IMG/VR virus record: IMGVR_UViG_3300025264_002028
Span: 39,240 to 103,239 of that record
DNA: 64,000 bases
Direction: 5' to 3' (one strand)
Origin: a virus
Shown here in pieces: positions 10,829 to 21,103 of this stretch. Within the stretch, counting starts at the first letter, position 1, and every line of letters starts with the position of its first letter. The notes under the pieces are model-generated. The model was not told the DNA's origin. It worked only from the letters and a program-made list of their open reading frames with translations, and made no database searches. Made by a program: the position numbers and the translations under genes.

Positions 10829-11498
10829 TTGCAAAAGCCTTTTCAAATTTGGTTTTTTCTGCAAGCTTTCTTTGGAACTTCAAAAATTTAATTAAAATGT
10901 TAGCTGTATCCTTAACATCCTGAAGAGCATCGTGAGCTTTCTCTTTTGATTCTTCTGGGAAGCCAAAATATTCACGGAGGTAATCCATGTTTAAGGATTT
11001 TACATCTTTATTGTTTTCCGTCCATGAAAAAACCATGTCCATCAAATCAAGTTTAAAGATAGGATTAAAAAGTTTTTGTCTACCCTTAGTGTCGGTTGGC
11101 CCATGCTCTTCACACATTCGATGCACTATAGGCAAATCAAATCCAATAATATTATATCCGGCGGCTATTGGCGCAGTGTAACTAGATTTTCTGAAATTAT
11201 ATTTGTCACAGAACTGTCCAAATTTTTTCCAAACTGTCTTAGGGAGAGGTGCTTTCGCTAGTTTGTCCCTTGTCTTATGCGTAATTGTTAAAGCTTCATC
11301 TTCAAGCGGATCAACACCTGCCGCCACAGCCTTTTCCTCATCTACTATTGGCCTCATCTCACTATTAAAAACACCTCCGGGTTGAAGGGTTAATTTTCTA
11401 GCATGGATGGCAATTGCTGCTATCTGAGTAGGTTGCGTCATCAGTGGATTACGACTACCAGTTTCAAAATCGAAGACAATAATATCTCTATAGTTCAT
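10809..11498 (-). CDS. DEDDh 3'-5' exonuclease (DnaQ/epsilon-like)
   Basis: DFETG, GYNIIGFD, AHDALQD. Confidence 0.9.
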   Translation of the reverse strand: MNYRDIIVFDFETGSRNPLMTQPTQIAAIAIHARKLTLQPGGVFNSEMRPIVDEEKAVAAGVDPLEDEALTITHKTRDKLAKAPLPKTVWKKFGQFCDKYNFRKSSYTAPIAAGYNIIGFDLPIVHRMCEEHGPTDTKGRQKLFNPIFKLDLMDMVFSWTENNKDVKSLNMDYLREYFGFPEESKEKAHDALQDVKDTANILIKFLKFQRKLAEKTKFEKAFANGEFYV

Positions 11499-11737
11499 TA
11501 GGATGTCCCTTCTACAATTTCAAAGAATTTATCTAACGCATCATCAATATTTCTATATATTTTCGAGAACTTTACTTGTGAGCTACTTGCGTCTACTTGA
11601 TACATACCGTCTTTTCTATCTCTATACTCTGGGAGCATCTTTCTTAGGTCACACACTGAGATCTTATTATACTCTAGAGCGCACCCATAATAAATAACTG
11701 ATTTAAAGTCCTGCCTAAGGATGTTGTGGTCTCTCAT
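11498..11737 (-). CDS. hypothetical protein between the dnaE halves
   Basis: 79 aa ORF coupled to neighbours, SD AAGGAG. Confidence 0.7.
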   Translation of the reverse strand: MRDHNILRQDFKSVIYYGCALEYNKISVCDLRKMLPEYRDRKDGMYQVDASSSQVKFSKIYRNIDDALDKFFEIVEGTS

Positions 11738-11739
11738 GT

Positions 11740-13287
11740 CTACTCCTTAATTTCCATAATTTTACTTAATAGATCAATACCTAATATATCAAACTTAACA
11801 TGTCCCTGACTTTCCAAGTCGCCCATTTCAAATGCAGCTATCATATTGCCGCTTTTATCCTGTGTCATAGGACAAATAGAATTCAGGCGATCCTTAGAAA
11901 TAATGACACCAGCAGCGTGTTTACCCATAGATTTGTTTGTACCCTCTATTCGTATGGCTTGTTCAAAAAGTGGCGCTAAGGAGCCTTCTAGGGCTCCCTC
12001 GTTGATCTTACACCACTTTCTAAGATTGTCTCCTTCGTTTAACAATGCCCATTTGATAATGGACCTTTCTTCCATACTTTCCAGCTGATCAGAAATATCT
12101 GCTTCGTTAGGAATACCCTTGGTGATCTCATTCATTTCAGCAAATGAAACGGCGTCATGCATTCTTAGTACTTCCTTAAGGGCTGCTCTTCCTTGTAGTC
12201 TACCAAATGTGATCATCTGAGACACTTTCTCTTCGCCATACTTTCTTTTAATATAATCTATTACTTCTTCTCGGTGTTCAGCTGGTACATCAATATCAAT
12301 ATCAGGTAGCGATATATATTCTTCGGTGTTTCTGCCTTCGTTATAGAATCTTTCAAAAATCAAATTATATTCAATAGGATCTACGTTAGTAATTCCTATA
12401 AGGTAGGATATTAAACAGCCAGCTGCTGATCCTCGACCGGGACCAGCGAGCCAACCCTCTGATTCAATATGTCTAATGATATCTTGTACAATAAGAAAAT
12501 ATCCTGAAAGATCTGCGCCAAATATGACATCTAGTTCCTTCTTTATTCTATCTACGTAGGCCTGTTTAGCCTGATCTGTTTTTACTTTACCTTGTGGAAT
12601 TAATAAACGTTTCCACCCTTTTCTACATAACTCTGTTAAATAATCGTTTTCTTCCATACCATCTGGACATACAAATTTAGGAAGCATCGGCTTCCTTAAG
12701 ATATCATATTCTTCACAGAGGTCAACTACTTGGTTCACTTTTTTGATTTCATTTGCATCAATACCCATACTTTCAAAGTCATCAGGAGAGGGGAGATAAA
12801 ATTCATCTGAATCAAAGAAGCGTCTGTCAGCCCCTTCTAGTTTCTTTTCTACTTTAGATAGAGTGGTTTTCATCCCAGAGCATAGTAATATTCTTTGTAG
12901 AATAGCATCTTCTTTCTGGGCATAATAGATTTCTCTTTCTCGTAGTGGTGAATCTAGTCGATACAGATTATCCTTTTTAGTCATCTTCTCTAATGTCGTA
13001 TTAAAATTGTCTGTACCTATGGTTCCGGTTAGCTCTATCAGATCAAACCAGCCCGCTTTGTTTTTTGCTAAGAGACTAAAGTCGCCAAAATCACATCCTA
13101 TAATTGGTTTAATATCCTCGGCTTGACACGCTTTATAAAAATTTACGGCGCCCGACAGTGATTTATAGTCAGTAATAGCGCACGCTTTATATCCATACTC
13201 CTTACATTTAGATACGATTTCATCAGGCTTACAAAAACCCCGAAGAAGACTGTAGTGCGTGTGTATACAGAGAGGAGCCCAGTTCAC
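11740..13287 (-). CDS. dnaE: DNA polymerase III alpha, N-terminal half (PHP + palm/thumb)
   Basis: HTHYSLL, GPGRGSAAG, FERF, PDIDID, KHAAGVII, KFDILG. Confidence 0.93.
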   Translation of the reverse strand: MNWAPLCIHTHYSLLRGFCKPDEIVSKCKEYGYKACAITDYKSLSGAVNFYKACQAEDIKPIIGCDFGDFSLLAKNKAGWFDLIELTGTIGTDNFNTTLEKMTKKDNLYRLDSPLREREIYYAQKEDAILQRILLCSGMKTTLSKVEKKLEGADRRFFDSDEFYLPSPDDFESMGIDANEIKKVNQVVDLCEEYDILRKPMLPKFVCPDGMEENDYLTELCRKGWKRLLIPQGKVKTDQAKQAYVDRIKKELDVIFGADLSGYFLIVQDIIRHIESEGWLAGPGRGSAAGCLISYLIGITNVDPIEYNLIFERFYNEGRNTEEYISLPDIDIDVPAEHREEVIDYIKRKYGEEKVSQMITFGRLQGRAALKEVLRMHDAVSFAEMNEITKGIPNEADISDQLESMEERSIIKWALLNEGDNLRKWCKINEGALEGSLAPLFEQAIRIEGTNKSMGKHAAGVIISKDRLNSICPMTQDKSGNMIAAFEMGDLESQGHVKFDILGIDLLSKIMEIKE

Positions 13288-13288
13288 T

Positions 13289-13465
13289 TCAACAATCCTC
13301 GTATAAATTCTTAAGCATTTTTAAACTAACTGCCAATGATTCATTTTCTGTATACTTTCCTACTTGTTCATAAAGACGTGTTGTTATTTTTTTTGCCGTC
13401 TCAACATCAATAAACTCATTAATTATACCAAATATTTGGCGCGCTTCGTAGTTATTAGTTGGCAT
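13289..13465 (-). CDS. hypothetical protein
   Basis: ATG 13465 coupled to the upstream gene. Confidence 0.6.
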   Translation of the reverse strand: MPTNNYEARQIFGIINEFIDVETAKKITTRLYEQVGKYTENESLAVSLKMLKNLYEDC

Positions 13466-13976
13466 TAATTTTTCCTTTTTTCTTTCTAAACTTTTTAAGA
13501 TCTGAAATAGCCACGTTATAACAATTTGCCTTGACCCTAAATCCATTTGATGGGTCAGTCTGTCCCTTACGCAACTTGTGCGCGCTCCTAAAATAATCCT
13601 CCTTTGCTAACCAACCTAATAACCAAGCCCTCCCCCATTTTCCACTTTTATATTCCACCCTTACAAACGCATACCTATCACACTCTTGCTTAGTATTATA
13701 GGCAGCCACGCTGCATTCGTAAAATGGTTTAGGTTCACTCGTACATCTTTTGGTTTTGACATCGTATTTGATTTTACTCGATGCTGTTTCGTAGAGAATA
13801 TCGTAGTCGTAAGTATTTGATACTATACCATTGATTATCTCATTGGCAACCTCTTCTCCTAAAAATCCAGCAATATTTCCGTCGCCAGCAGTTATGGAGT
13901 TCTTTAGTTTACCCATACTACGTGCCTTACGCCAAGCCCGCTGTTTCATTTTTTCTGTAATTGCTATTTCAATCAT
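13455..13976 (-). CDS. phage protein, possible PD-(D/E)XK nuclease fold
   Basis: GFLGE...YDYD...YDVKTK. Confidence 0.55.
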   Translation of the reverse strand: MIEIAITEKMKQRAWRKARSMGKLKNSITAGDGNIAGFLGEEVANEIINGIVSNTYDYDILYETASSKIKYDVKTKRCTSEPKPFYECSVAAYNTKQECDRYAFVRVEYKSGKWGRAWLLGWLAKEDYFRSAHKLRKGQTDPSNGFRVKANCYNVAISDLKKFRKKKGKINAN

Positions 13977-13978
13977 AT

Positions 13979-14581
13979 TTATCTCCAAACAAAAATATCC
14001 CAACTTCTTAATTCCGTAGTGTAGTTTTCATGTTTAAACATGTCTAGTATTAATTCTGTATCGGGACCATTTGCTTCTACAGTCCAGCATTTAATGTCAT
14101 ATTCTGTAAAATTAAATGTTTCTAATATTTCTTTTTCAAACCCTTCTACATCTATACTAATATAATCTATGGTAGAAGGCGCTCCATGTTTTTGCAATAA
14201 ATTATTTAAGCTAATTGTTGTGAGATGGTGCTGCGGGTAACGAAAACAATTATTATCGTAATCTTTTACATAGCCAAAAGGAGCTACCGCAGATAGCATC
14301 GGATCTTCCTCATGCGCATAAAATGGTACAGTTATACCGCTTGTATCCAACACAGGAGAATTTTCTAAGGAGCATGTTCTATTTTCTTTTAATTTTATAA
14401 ATGACTCTGGGTTTGCTTCCACACATATTCCATACCAACCAAAATCTTTTTCCAAGGTATAGGTGTTAGATAGCTCAATACCATCATGAGCACCTATGTC
14501 AACAAAAAATCCTCCAGTTTTGTTATCATGCCTATCTAGCACCCACTTGTCCTGTCCTATTTGAGAATAAAAAATATTCAT
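13979..14581 (-). CDS. FkbM family methyltransferase
   Basis: SQIGQD, FVDIGAHDG, SNTY, SIDVEGFE. Confidence 0.9.
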   Translation of the reverse strand: MNIFYSQIGQDKWVLDRHDNKTGGFFVDIGAHDGIELSNTYTLEKDFGWYGICVEANPESFIKLKENRTCSLENSPVLDTSGITVPFYAHEEDPMLSAVAPFGYVKDYDNNCFRYPQHHLTTISLNNLLQKHGAPSTIDYISIDVEGFEKEILETFNFTEYDIKCWTVEANGPDTELILDMFKHENYTTELRSWDIFVWR

Positions 14582-14585
14582 TTGT

Positions 14586-15233
14586 TTACCATGCAAGTAG
14601 TTTATTAGCCACCTTGGTTGTTAGAATAAACACATCCATATAACCATCACTATTTTGGTCAAGAGATTTAATGGGACGCCCATGATGCCATAATTTTTTA
14701 TCGTCCATTGTTACCATATATCCCGCCTCTAATGGCAAATAAATAAAGGGTTCCTCGTCTTTTTCCATATAAACTAAAAGATGGCCGCCTTCTATGTTAT
14801 GTCTTGCTATTCCTACCGTTGCTATGAAATCATTTCCATCTTGGTGTACGCCTTCTGGAGAAATTGGGGTTTCCTCATATAGTGTAACAATACGCATTTG
14901 ATGTATCTCAACAAGAGTAGTATAAGGAAGAGAATTCACCATTCTAAATTGATAAATTATCTCTTTCATGCCGTCGCTATAGAGCGCACTCTCATCAATA
15001 TTTTCAAATTTTCTTTCAACATTACCTTGAAAGTTATTATATTTGTCTGTCTGCATAAATTGATTAATAGGAAGTGCTTTAATAGCTGTAGGTTCTACCA
15101 TGAGTTCTACCACAGAATATCGTCGCAATCTATATTTGCCATCCTTATGTTCTGTGGAAGGCAGATGATTAAATGAGGGAGACAAATCTTGTACCGTAGA
15201 ATCCGTTAATTTATCTAATCGTAAAAGACTCAT
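14586..15233 (-). CDS. 2OG-Fe(II) dioxygenase (BsmA-like family)
   Basis: RLRRYS, HQMR, PEGVHQDG (HxD), distal HH. Confidence 0.85.
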   Translation of the reverse strand: MSLLRLDKLTDSTVQDLSPSFNHLPSTEHKDGKYRLRRYSVVELMVEPTAIKALPINQFMQTDKYNNFQGNVERKFENIDESALYSDGMKEIIYQFRMVNSLPYTTLVEIHQMRIVTLYEETPISPEGVHQDGNDFIATVGIARHNIEGGHLLVYMEKDEEPFIYLPLEAGYMVTMDDKKLWHHGRPIKSLDQNSDGYMDVFILTTKVANKLLAW

Positions 15234-15251
15234 ACTACATTCCTTTTTCTG

Positions 15252-16271
15252 TTAGCCCGGCGCTTCATAATGGCCAATACTAAAATCCTTTTTAGTGCAA
15301 TTGCCAACTGTGTCTTTCATACTGCTTCCTTTCAGCTCTTCTTCAATATACTGACACATTGATTTGTTAGTTCCGGGCCATTTGTTTTTGTAAAAATGAC
15401 ATAATTTTGTACACTTCCAGTGGTTGCGATTTTTTGAAATAGGAAGAGGCTTATCGTTCTTTTGTATTTGTTGAAATCTTTTCCCTAGCATGTATAAAAA
15501 TTTATTTTGATCGTTTCTATCAAAACACATACTAAACGGACCCCCATCCCTAATATAAAATATAGACATAATAGCTTGATCATATTGTGGAAACATCTTA
15601 GATATAGCGTAATTATACAATAGTAATTGAGGATCTTCAATCAATTTCTCATAAGTTTTTTCTTCTCCGGTAGCCCAGTTTAATCTACGTCCTGTTTTCC
15701 AATCAATAACTTCTATAGTGTTATCATCTACTTGTGTAACCAAATCAATAGTTCCCTTGATGGCTAGTCTTCCGTTTATTTTTTTTCCGTCTGGCATTTT
15801 ATAAGAATACTCAGCCCAATCTTCTTCTATGGGAATGTCAAATTGAGGCTCACTAGCAATGACATTTCTATTGCGAGGATCAAATTGTCCATCATTATAT
15901 TCTAAGGCATCCCAAGTTGATTTCTTGCAAAAGTTAAAATCTGCATTTGTATAATTATGAATACACGTACTAGTGTAGTAGTCATAACTTAAATCCAACA
16001 AATTATTAACAAATTTCTTAGTGCTAAGTTGTTTCTTAGAGAACTGGATTTTTCCAAGGGCATCATCAGTAATAGACATCTGTTTGTTTTCTTTACGCTG
16101 CATTCTTTTTTTACAGGAGGCTAGGCATTCCATGACCTTATGAACAATGGTGCCCAGTTGGGCCTTTTTTCCAGAAATAGATTGATGACCTAATACATAT
16201 GTAATAAAATATTGCATTTGGCAATAATCATAATTGTTGTAGGACGAACTACGAATGTATGTTACTATCAT
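15252..16271 (-). CDS. PD-(D/E)XK exonuclease (RecB/Cas4-like)
   Basis: GTIVH, KGTIDL, IDWKTG, QLLLY; N- and C-terminal Cys. Confidence 0.85.
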   Translation of the reverse strand: MIVTYIRSSSYNNYDYCQMQYFITYVLGHQSISGKKAQLGTIVHKVMECLASCKKRMQRKENKQMSITDDALGKIQFSKKQLSTKKFVNNLLDLSYDYYTSTCIHNYTNADFNFCKKSTWDALEYNDGQFDPRNRNVIASEPQFDIPIEEDWAEYSYKMPDGKKINGRLAIKGTIDLVTQVDDNTIEVIDWKTGRRLNWATGEEKTYEKLIEDPQLLLYNYAISKMFPQYDQAIMSIFYIRDGGPFSMCFDRNDQNKFLYMLGKRFQQIQKNDKPLPISKNRNHWKCTKLCHFYKNKWPGTNKSMCQYIEEELKGSSMKDTVGNCTKKDFSIGHYEAPG

Positions 16272-17104
16272 GGGCTCTCTTTAAATTTATGGATTCCACC
16301 TACAAGTTCTTTGTTAACTTTAGGTTCTGGTTCTGGTTTTTGTATTACATTGCCCAACCATCCCCAGCTATCTAACGTTTTTACAAGTTCTACATTTGTT
16401 TCATAGATACTTAAATTCTGGTTATCTATAACAGCATCCCAATCTTCCCAGTTTTCCAAGGCTGTTTCACTAGTATGTTTATCTTTTGTGTCTTTATGTC
16501 TAGTTAATTTAATTACCTTACCACCAGCATTTTGAATCGCTTCTGCTTCATTTGGAAATCTACAATCACTGATGATTGCCACTAAAGGGTTTTCTCTTTC
16601 TATTTGGTCTATTGTGGTATCTGTCCAAATATTTTCCTTAATGGTTCTACAAATATCACTACCAAAATATTGTAGAAATTCCCTAGCGCTCATTTGTCCC
16701 GAGGAAGACTTTTTGCATCCGGGCATATTTTCCCACCTCATTGGTATCATAGTGTTTTTTTGTCTGTCGGTGCCGTAACACTGTATTCGGGTCAAACCAA
16801 ATAAAGCTATAGACATTTCCTTAAGGGTGGTAGCAAATGCATAATGCTTTACAAAGGGCCACATGTTATTAGACGCCCACTCGGCAAATTCTAGGTCACT
16901 CCTAGTAATATCCAGAAGGCCTTGGTTTTGCTGTTCATGACCTTCGGCATCTATAGTTTTTGTGTCTACAGCCAATCCACCATCTTCAGTAATAGAAAAA
17001 TTATCTACAATATGGTGTGATCTCAGTTGGTAACCATGTAAAAAATTACAGCAAGTGTTTTTGCCAGACTGTTTGGTACCAGCAAAAGCAAGAATTCTGT
17101 TCAT
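16268..17104 (-). CDS. deoxynucleoside monophosphate kinase
   Basis: GTKQSGKN P-loop, REFLQYFG, SDCRFPNE, HTSE. Confidence 0.88.
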   Translation of the reverse strand: MNRILAFAGTKQSGKNTCCNFLHGYQLRSHHIVDNFSITEDGGLAVDTKTIDAEGHEQQNQGLLDITRSDLEFAEWASNNMWPFVKHYAFATTLKEMSIALFGLTRIQCYGTDRQKNTMIPMRWENMPGCKKSSSGQMSAREFLQYFGSDICRTIKENIWTDTTIDQIERENPLVAIISDCRFPNEAEAIQNAGGKVIKLTRHKDTKDKHTSETALENWEDWDAVIDNQNLSIYETNVELVKTLDSWGWLGNVIQKPEPEPKVNKELVGGIHKFKESP

Positions 17105-18153
17105 AGAGATGCTCCTTGGATTTGGTCACTAAGTTCTTCTTTGATTTTCTCAATAGTCATATCTCCAACATCTTTTTCGGAGATCTTAGGACGATAATAA
17201 TTAAATCTTCTTCCGCCTTTTTCGGCTATTTGTTCAGCTGCCTTCTCGCCCGCTTCATCAGAATCCGTAAGAATCACTACATTTAGTGCTCCACTTTGTT
17301 CTAACAATACCAATTGATCATCAGTGAGGCTGGCTCCGAAGATTCCAACCGTATTTGGAAAACCAGCCTCATGCATTTTCCATACGTCTCCTTGACCTTC
17401 TACTAAGATAACGGTACCAGTTTTTCTAACGTGCTCAAGAGCTAAGTTTAAACCGTAAAGATAGGATTTTCGGAAGCCCTTACTATGTAACCACTTAGGC
17501 TGCATGTCTGGAGATGTTGATCTACCAACGCATCCAACATAATTATAGTCTTCATCGTAGATTGGAACAACAATTCTTCCTGACATTGGCCTATTTTTTT
17601 CTAAACAAAGTCCCACATCAAACAAATCAAGCGTTTCTGGATAATATCCTCTGTTAATATAATATTTAGCGGGTATATTTATTCTTCTGCGTACCTCTTC
17701 TCGTTTGACAGGATGTGAAAAACGTTGGGGTTTTCTTTCAAAAACCTCAAGCAACTTCAACTCTTTATTTATTTCTAGGGGTTCACTATAAGTCTCTAGG
17801 TTCTCAATTTTTGTATCAAGAAATTTGAGGCAGTATTCAAATGCCGTTATCAGGTTGACTTCTTTATCAAGACGATGATTTAATACACCACGCACAAAAC
17901 CCAACAGGCTAGAAGCAAAATCCTCTTCACACTGTCGTGTCCAACATTTCCAATTTCCCTTGATGACATCCCCATCTGTAAAAATAGAACACCCTTCAGG
18001 ATTATCTCCCCCATGTATTGGACATGGAAAGACAAGCCTATTGTGGTGTTCCACGGGCTCTATTTCAAAATGGTCTAATAGATCTGACACTCTATCAAAC
18101 AGCTGATTAGACAGATGCGATATCTGTGGCTTCGTAATCTTCATCAGTTTCAA
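17101..18153 (-). CDS. dnaG: DNA primase (Zn finger + TOPRIM)
   Basis: CPIH...CWTRQC, RIVVPI, VEGQGD, DSDEAG. Confidence 0.9.
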   Translation of the reverse strand: MKLMKITKPQISHLSNQLFDRVSDLLDHFEIEPVEHHNRLVFPCPIHGGDNPEGCSIFTDGDVIKGNWKCWTRQCEEDFASSLLGFVRGVLNHRLDKEVNLITAFEYCLKFLDTKIENLETYSEPLEINKELKLLEVFERKPQRFSHPVKREEVRRRINIPAKYYINRGYYPETLDLFDVGLCLEKNRPMSGRIVVPIYDEDYNYVGCVGRSTSPDMQPKWLHSKGFRKSYLYGLNLALEHVRKTGTVILVEGQGDVWKMHEAGFPNTVGIFGASLTDDQLVLLEQSGALNVVILTDSDEAGEKAAEQIAEKGGRRFNYYRPKISEKDVGDMTIEKIKEELSDQIQGASL

Positions 18154-19579
18154 ATCCTCGATCAGTTTTCTTGGTGGCTTTTTTCAATTCATTACGTGTT
18201 TTGCCTTCTTCTATTCTACCATACTTTCCGAACATATTCATGTTGATATAATCGCCATCATCTAGGCCAGCCCCATGACGTGCTACTACGGGCACTAATT
18301 TTCTGTTGCCATTTTCTTCGAGGTCGTCTGCTATCTCTTCATCTGATTTCATCTTGAATATAGTAAAGCTTGTACATAGCCAAATCAAACGATCAGAACC
18401 AGAAACTACATCCGTTGACTCTTTAGTTATACCATCTCTATTCAATTGCACAAAACTTAAACATGGCACATCATGCTTAACACAAAAATTATGGAGTTGG
18501 GTAATCTGAAAACCAAGCAACTGGAATTCTTGCATGGAGTTAGAAATACCATCTGATCCCATTAGCTTAAGGTAGTCATATATTATTAAACAGTCTTTAG
18601 TTCTACCATTTTCGTCTATTCCTACGTGTTGATATAGCCACTTACGCATCAGCCCTAAGATATTTTCAAAAGGCTGTCCCGCAATACTAATATAATGATA
18701 AGGTATAGCCTTAAGCTTTTCGGCGGCTTCCTCTATCTTTTTTTTGTCTATCTCATTTTCTGCAAATTTTCCAGTAGATATTCTATTGATGTCTACGCCA
18801 CTGAGATTAGCAAGCATTCTATTCAAATGATCTTCTTTAGACATTTCCGTGTCTAACATCAACACTGGGATCTCTAAATTCTGTGTCACATGCAGAGCCA
18901 CTTCATCACCAAACATAGACTTACCAACTTTTGGTCGCGCGGCCACAAGGTCTACGCACTTTCTTCTAAAGCCGCCTCCTATAGCCTGATCGTAAATTGA
19001 GAAACCACTACTAATACCAATCATATCGGTAGGATTGTCTGCGAGATGGTGAATGTATGCTTCTACTTCGTCACCAATTATTTCTGGTTGATGACTAGAT
19101 GATTCATATATTGCAGAGGTAGCGTCCAGTATTGGCGACTCTACCATAGTAATTAAATCATTTATATCCTCATCACCACTAATAGTGTTGAGGCGTTTTT
19201 CACAAACCTTGAGAGTCTGCTGAATATTTCTAGCTAGTTTTAGCTTAGCTATTTTGGCCGCATGAATACTAATATTATCTTTATGGATAGGAAAATTGAA
19301 AAGGGATCGTAAAAATCCTATCTCATTTTTATTATTAATATTTTCATACAGGTTTAGATTGTTAGCTGCCGCTAAAATAGAGGCTAGTTCTACATGACTA
19401 CTTTCTGAGATTACCTTCTTGACACATTTGAAAATGATCTGATTCATTTCATTAGTAAAATGATCAGTATCAATAAAATCAATATTCAAAAAGGCATCTA
19501 GGCCATATTGACATAGACCAGCCAGTACAGCCCTTTCGGCAGCTAGATCCTGTAAATTTCTTTTGCTTACTTTTTCCAT
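18107..19579 (-). CDS. dnaB: replicative DNA helicase
   Basis: AERAVL, AARPKVGKS, DTEM, DYLKLM, QLNR. Confidence 0.93.
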   Translation of the reverse strand: MEKVSKRNLQDLAAERAVLAGLCQYGLDAFLNIDFIDTDHFTNEMNQIIFKCVKKVISESSHVELASILAAANNLNLYENINNKNEIGFLRSLFNFPIHKDNISIHAAKIAKLKLARNIQQTLKVCEKRLNTISGDEDINDLITMVESPILDATSAIYESSSHQPEIIGDEVEAYIHHLADNPTDMIGISSGFSIYDQAIGGGFRRKCVDLVAARPKVGKSMFGDEVALHVTQNLEIPVLMLDTEMSKEDHLNRMLANLSGVDINRISTGKFAENEIDKKKIEEAAEKLKAIPYHYISIAGQPFENILGLMRKWLYQHVGIDENGRTKDCLIIYDYLKLMGSDGISNSMQEFQLLGFQITQLHNFCVKHDVPCLSFVQLNRDGITKESTDVVSGSDRLIWLCTSFTIFKMKSDEEIADDLEENGNRKLVPVVARHGAGLDDGDYINMNMFGKYGRIEEGKTRNELKKATKKTDRGFETDEDYEATDIASV

Positions 19580-19752
19580 TTTTTGATGGCTTTAAAATAA
19601 TTAAGCTCTTGTGTGACGGCTGAAATTCTACCGACTTCAGAACTTGGATATTTATCCTTTGCTATTTGTTCAGCTTGTTTGCAATCCGTTGCTTTTATTT
19701 TCAAATGTTTGGCTTGTCCATCTGGTAAAGTAATATAAACAACGTATTGCAT
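19567..19752 (-). CDS. hypothetical protein
   Basis: 61 aa ORF with SD-like GGGGA. Confidence 0.6.
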   Translation of the reverse strand: MQYVVYITLPDGQAKHLKIKATDCKQAEQIAKDKYPSSEVGRISAVTQELNYFKAIKKWKK

Positions 19753-19760
19753 ATATCCCC

Positions 19761-20336
19761 CTATTTTTTAATGAGTTTCTCATACTCTTGTCTAGAAATA
19801 AAAGTTGTTTCTGTTGTCTGTTTGCTTCTGAGTTTCATACAATCGGGGCATTTTTCAATGGCCCCAGCTCCTTCATGGGTGTGGCTTTTTAGATAGTGAT
19901 ATGTTCTTTCTTCAGAGTTGCGTATCATATACAAAAATGAACGGTGTCCTTTCAGTAGCGTAATTATAGAATCTAGCTCTTCTTCAACAGAAAGCTTTTC
20001 TTCTGGCAAATCTGTAGACTCTTCTTTTATTTGCTGAAGTTGATTTAGTTTTTCTACTGAAATTTCTACAATTTGTTTGTCTTCAGTACCCCATAGATCG
20101 TAACACTCCGTACAAAACTTTTGCATTTCCGTGTGGGGTTTTGCGTAGTGCAAACTTCTTAGTTGTGTATCCACCAAGCAATTTTCGTATTCATTCATCT
20201 TAGTTAAGATAGTATATATTTCTTCAAATTTACTTTCTATGGTTTTTTGTGGAGGAGTGGAGGATGTTGAAACCGTCATTGCTAGACAAACACCAAGGCC
20301 AATCAGATATAAAGCATTTAACAAATTGATCTTCAT
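19761..20336 (-). CDS. membrane-anchored protein with two RxxHYxxxH...CxxC repeats
   Basis: N-terminal hydrophobic segment; SD AGGAG before ATG 20336; paralog of 59475-59954. Confidence 0.7.
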   Translation of the reverse strand: MKINLLNALYLIGLGVCLAMTVSTSSTPPQKTIESKFEEIYTILTKMNEYENCLVDTQLRSLHYAKPHTEMQKFCTECYDLWGTEDKQIVEISVEKLNQLQQIKEESTDLPEEKLSVEEELDSIITLLKGHRSFLYMIRNSEERTYHYLKSHTHEGAGAIEKCPDCMKLRSKQTTETTFISRQEYEKLIKK

Positions 20337-20344
20337 TATATCTC

Positions 20345-20662
20345 CTATGGTCCATGCCACGGCCACTTCTCAGCCATGGCCTTATTAACAGTGCCATTTT
20401 CACCAATCTCAACTAGCCATCTTCCATACTTTCCTGTTTTATATGTTCGAACATTCACGTTACCACGGTCATCCATATTAGCTACTATTAATTTTTTAAG
20501 TTCATTGGTAGCCGTTTTGTAATCTACATGTCCCCGTTCAGGAGTATTAACACCTATAAGCCTACAACGAAGACGTGCCGTAAGCTTTAACCCTAGATCT
20601 ACATCGAATTCGACAGTATCACCGTCAATACAGCGAATTAATTTTGCTCGATAGTTATACAT
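20345..20662 (-). CDS. thermonuclease (SNase-like)
   Basis: IDGDT, RLIGVNTPE, GKYGRWL. Confidence 0.88.
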   Translation of the reverse strand: MYNYRAKLIRCIDGDTVEFDVDLGLKLTARLRCRLIGVNTPERGHVDYKTATNELKKLIVANMDDRGNVNVRTYKTGKYGRWLVEIGENGTVNKAMAEKWPWHGP

Positions 20663-20671
20663 ATCATCTCC

Positions 20672-21103
20672 CTATTTGCCAGAACTACCAAAGCCATCTC
20701 CTCCCCTCTCAGTTATATCAAGAGAATCAACCACTGTCAAAGAAAAGTCTGGAACTTCCTGAAAAAGTATTTGGGCGATTCTATCTCCAGCACTAACCTT
20801 TAGAGGAAATGGATCATTGGAAGCATTATAAAGACATACTTTTATTTCACCTCTGTATCCTGAATCTATTACGCCAGCAAAAATTGCAACCCCTCGTTTA
20901 ACAGCTAGACCAGACCGAGGCCAAATTAAGCCAACATATCCTTCTGGGATTGACATAGCAATTCCAGTAGCAATGGTAGCTCTGCGGCCACGCTCTATCT
21001 CCCTATCCTCTAAGGAGTAAAGATCCCAACCAGCATCACTTGTATTATTTTTAGTGGGCACAATTGCTGTATCATCAAGTTTTTTAATATCAATATTAAG
21101 CAA
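20672..21103 (-). CDS. dut: trimeric dUTPase
   Basis: AGWDL, PRSGLA, GVIDSGYRGEI, RIAQ, RGGDGFGSSG. Confidence 0.96.
   Translation of the reverse strand: MLNIDIKKLDDTAIVPTKNNTSDAGWDLYSLEDREIERGRRATIATGIAMSIPEGYVGLIWPRSGLAVKRGVAIFAGVIDSGYRGEIKVCLYNASNDPFPLKVSAGDRIAQILFQEVPDFSLTVVDSLDITERGGDGFGSSGK

Noticed and set aside
15252-16271. Cas4-like nuclease as a sign of CRISPR-Cas
   Set aside because: No repeat-spacer array or other cas genes; it sits in a replication operon.
19761-20336. c-type cytochrome call for the CxxC/His proteins
   Set aside because: No CxxCH; the histidines precede the cysteines.
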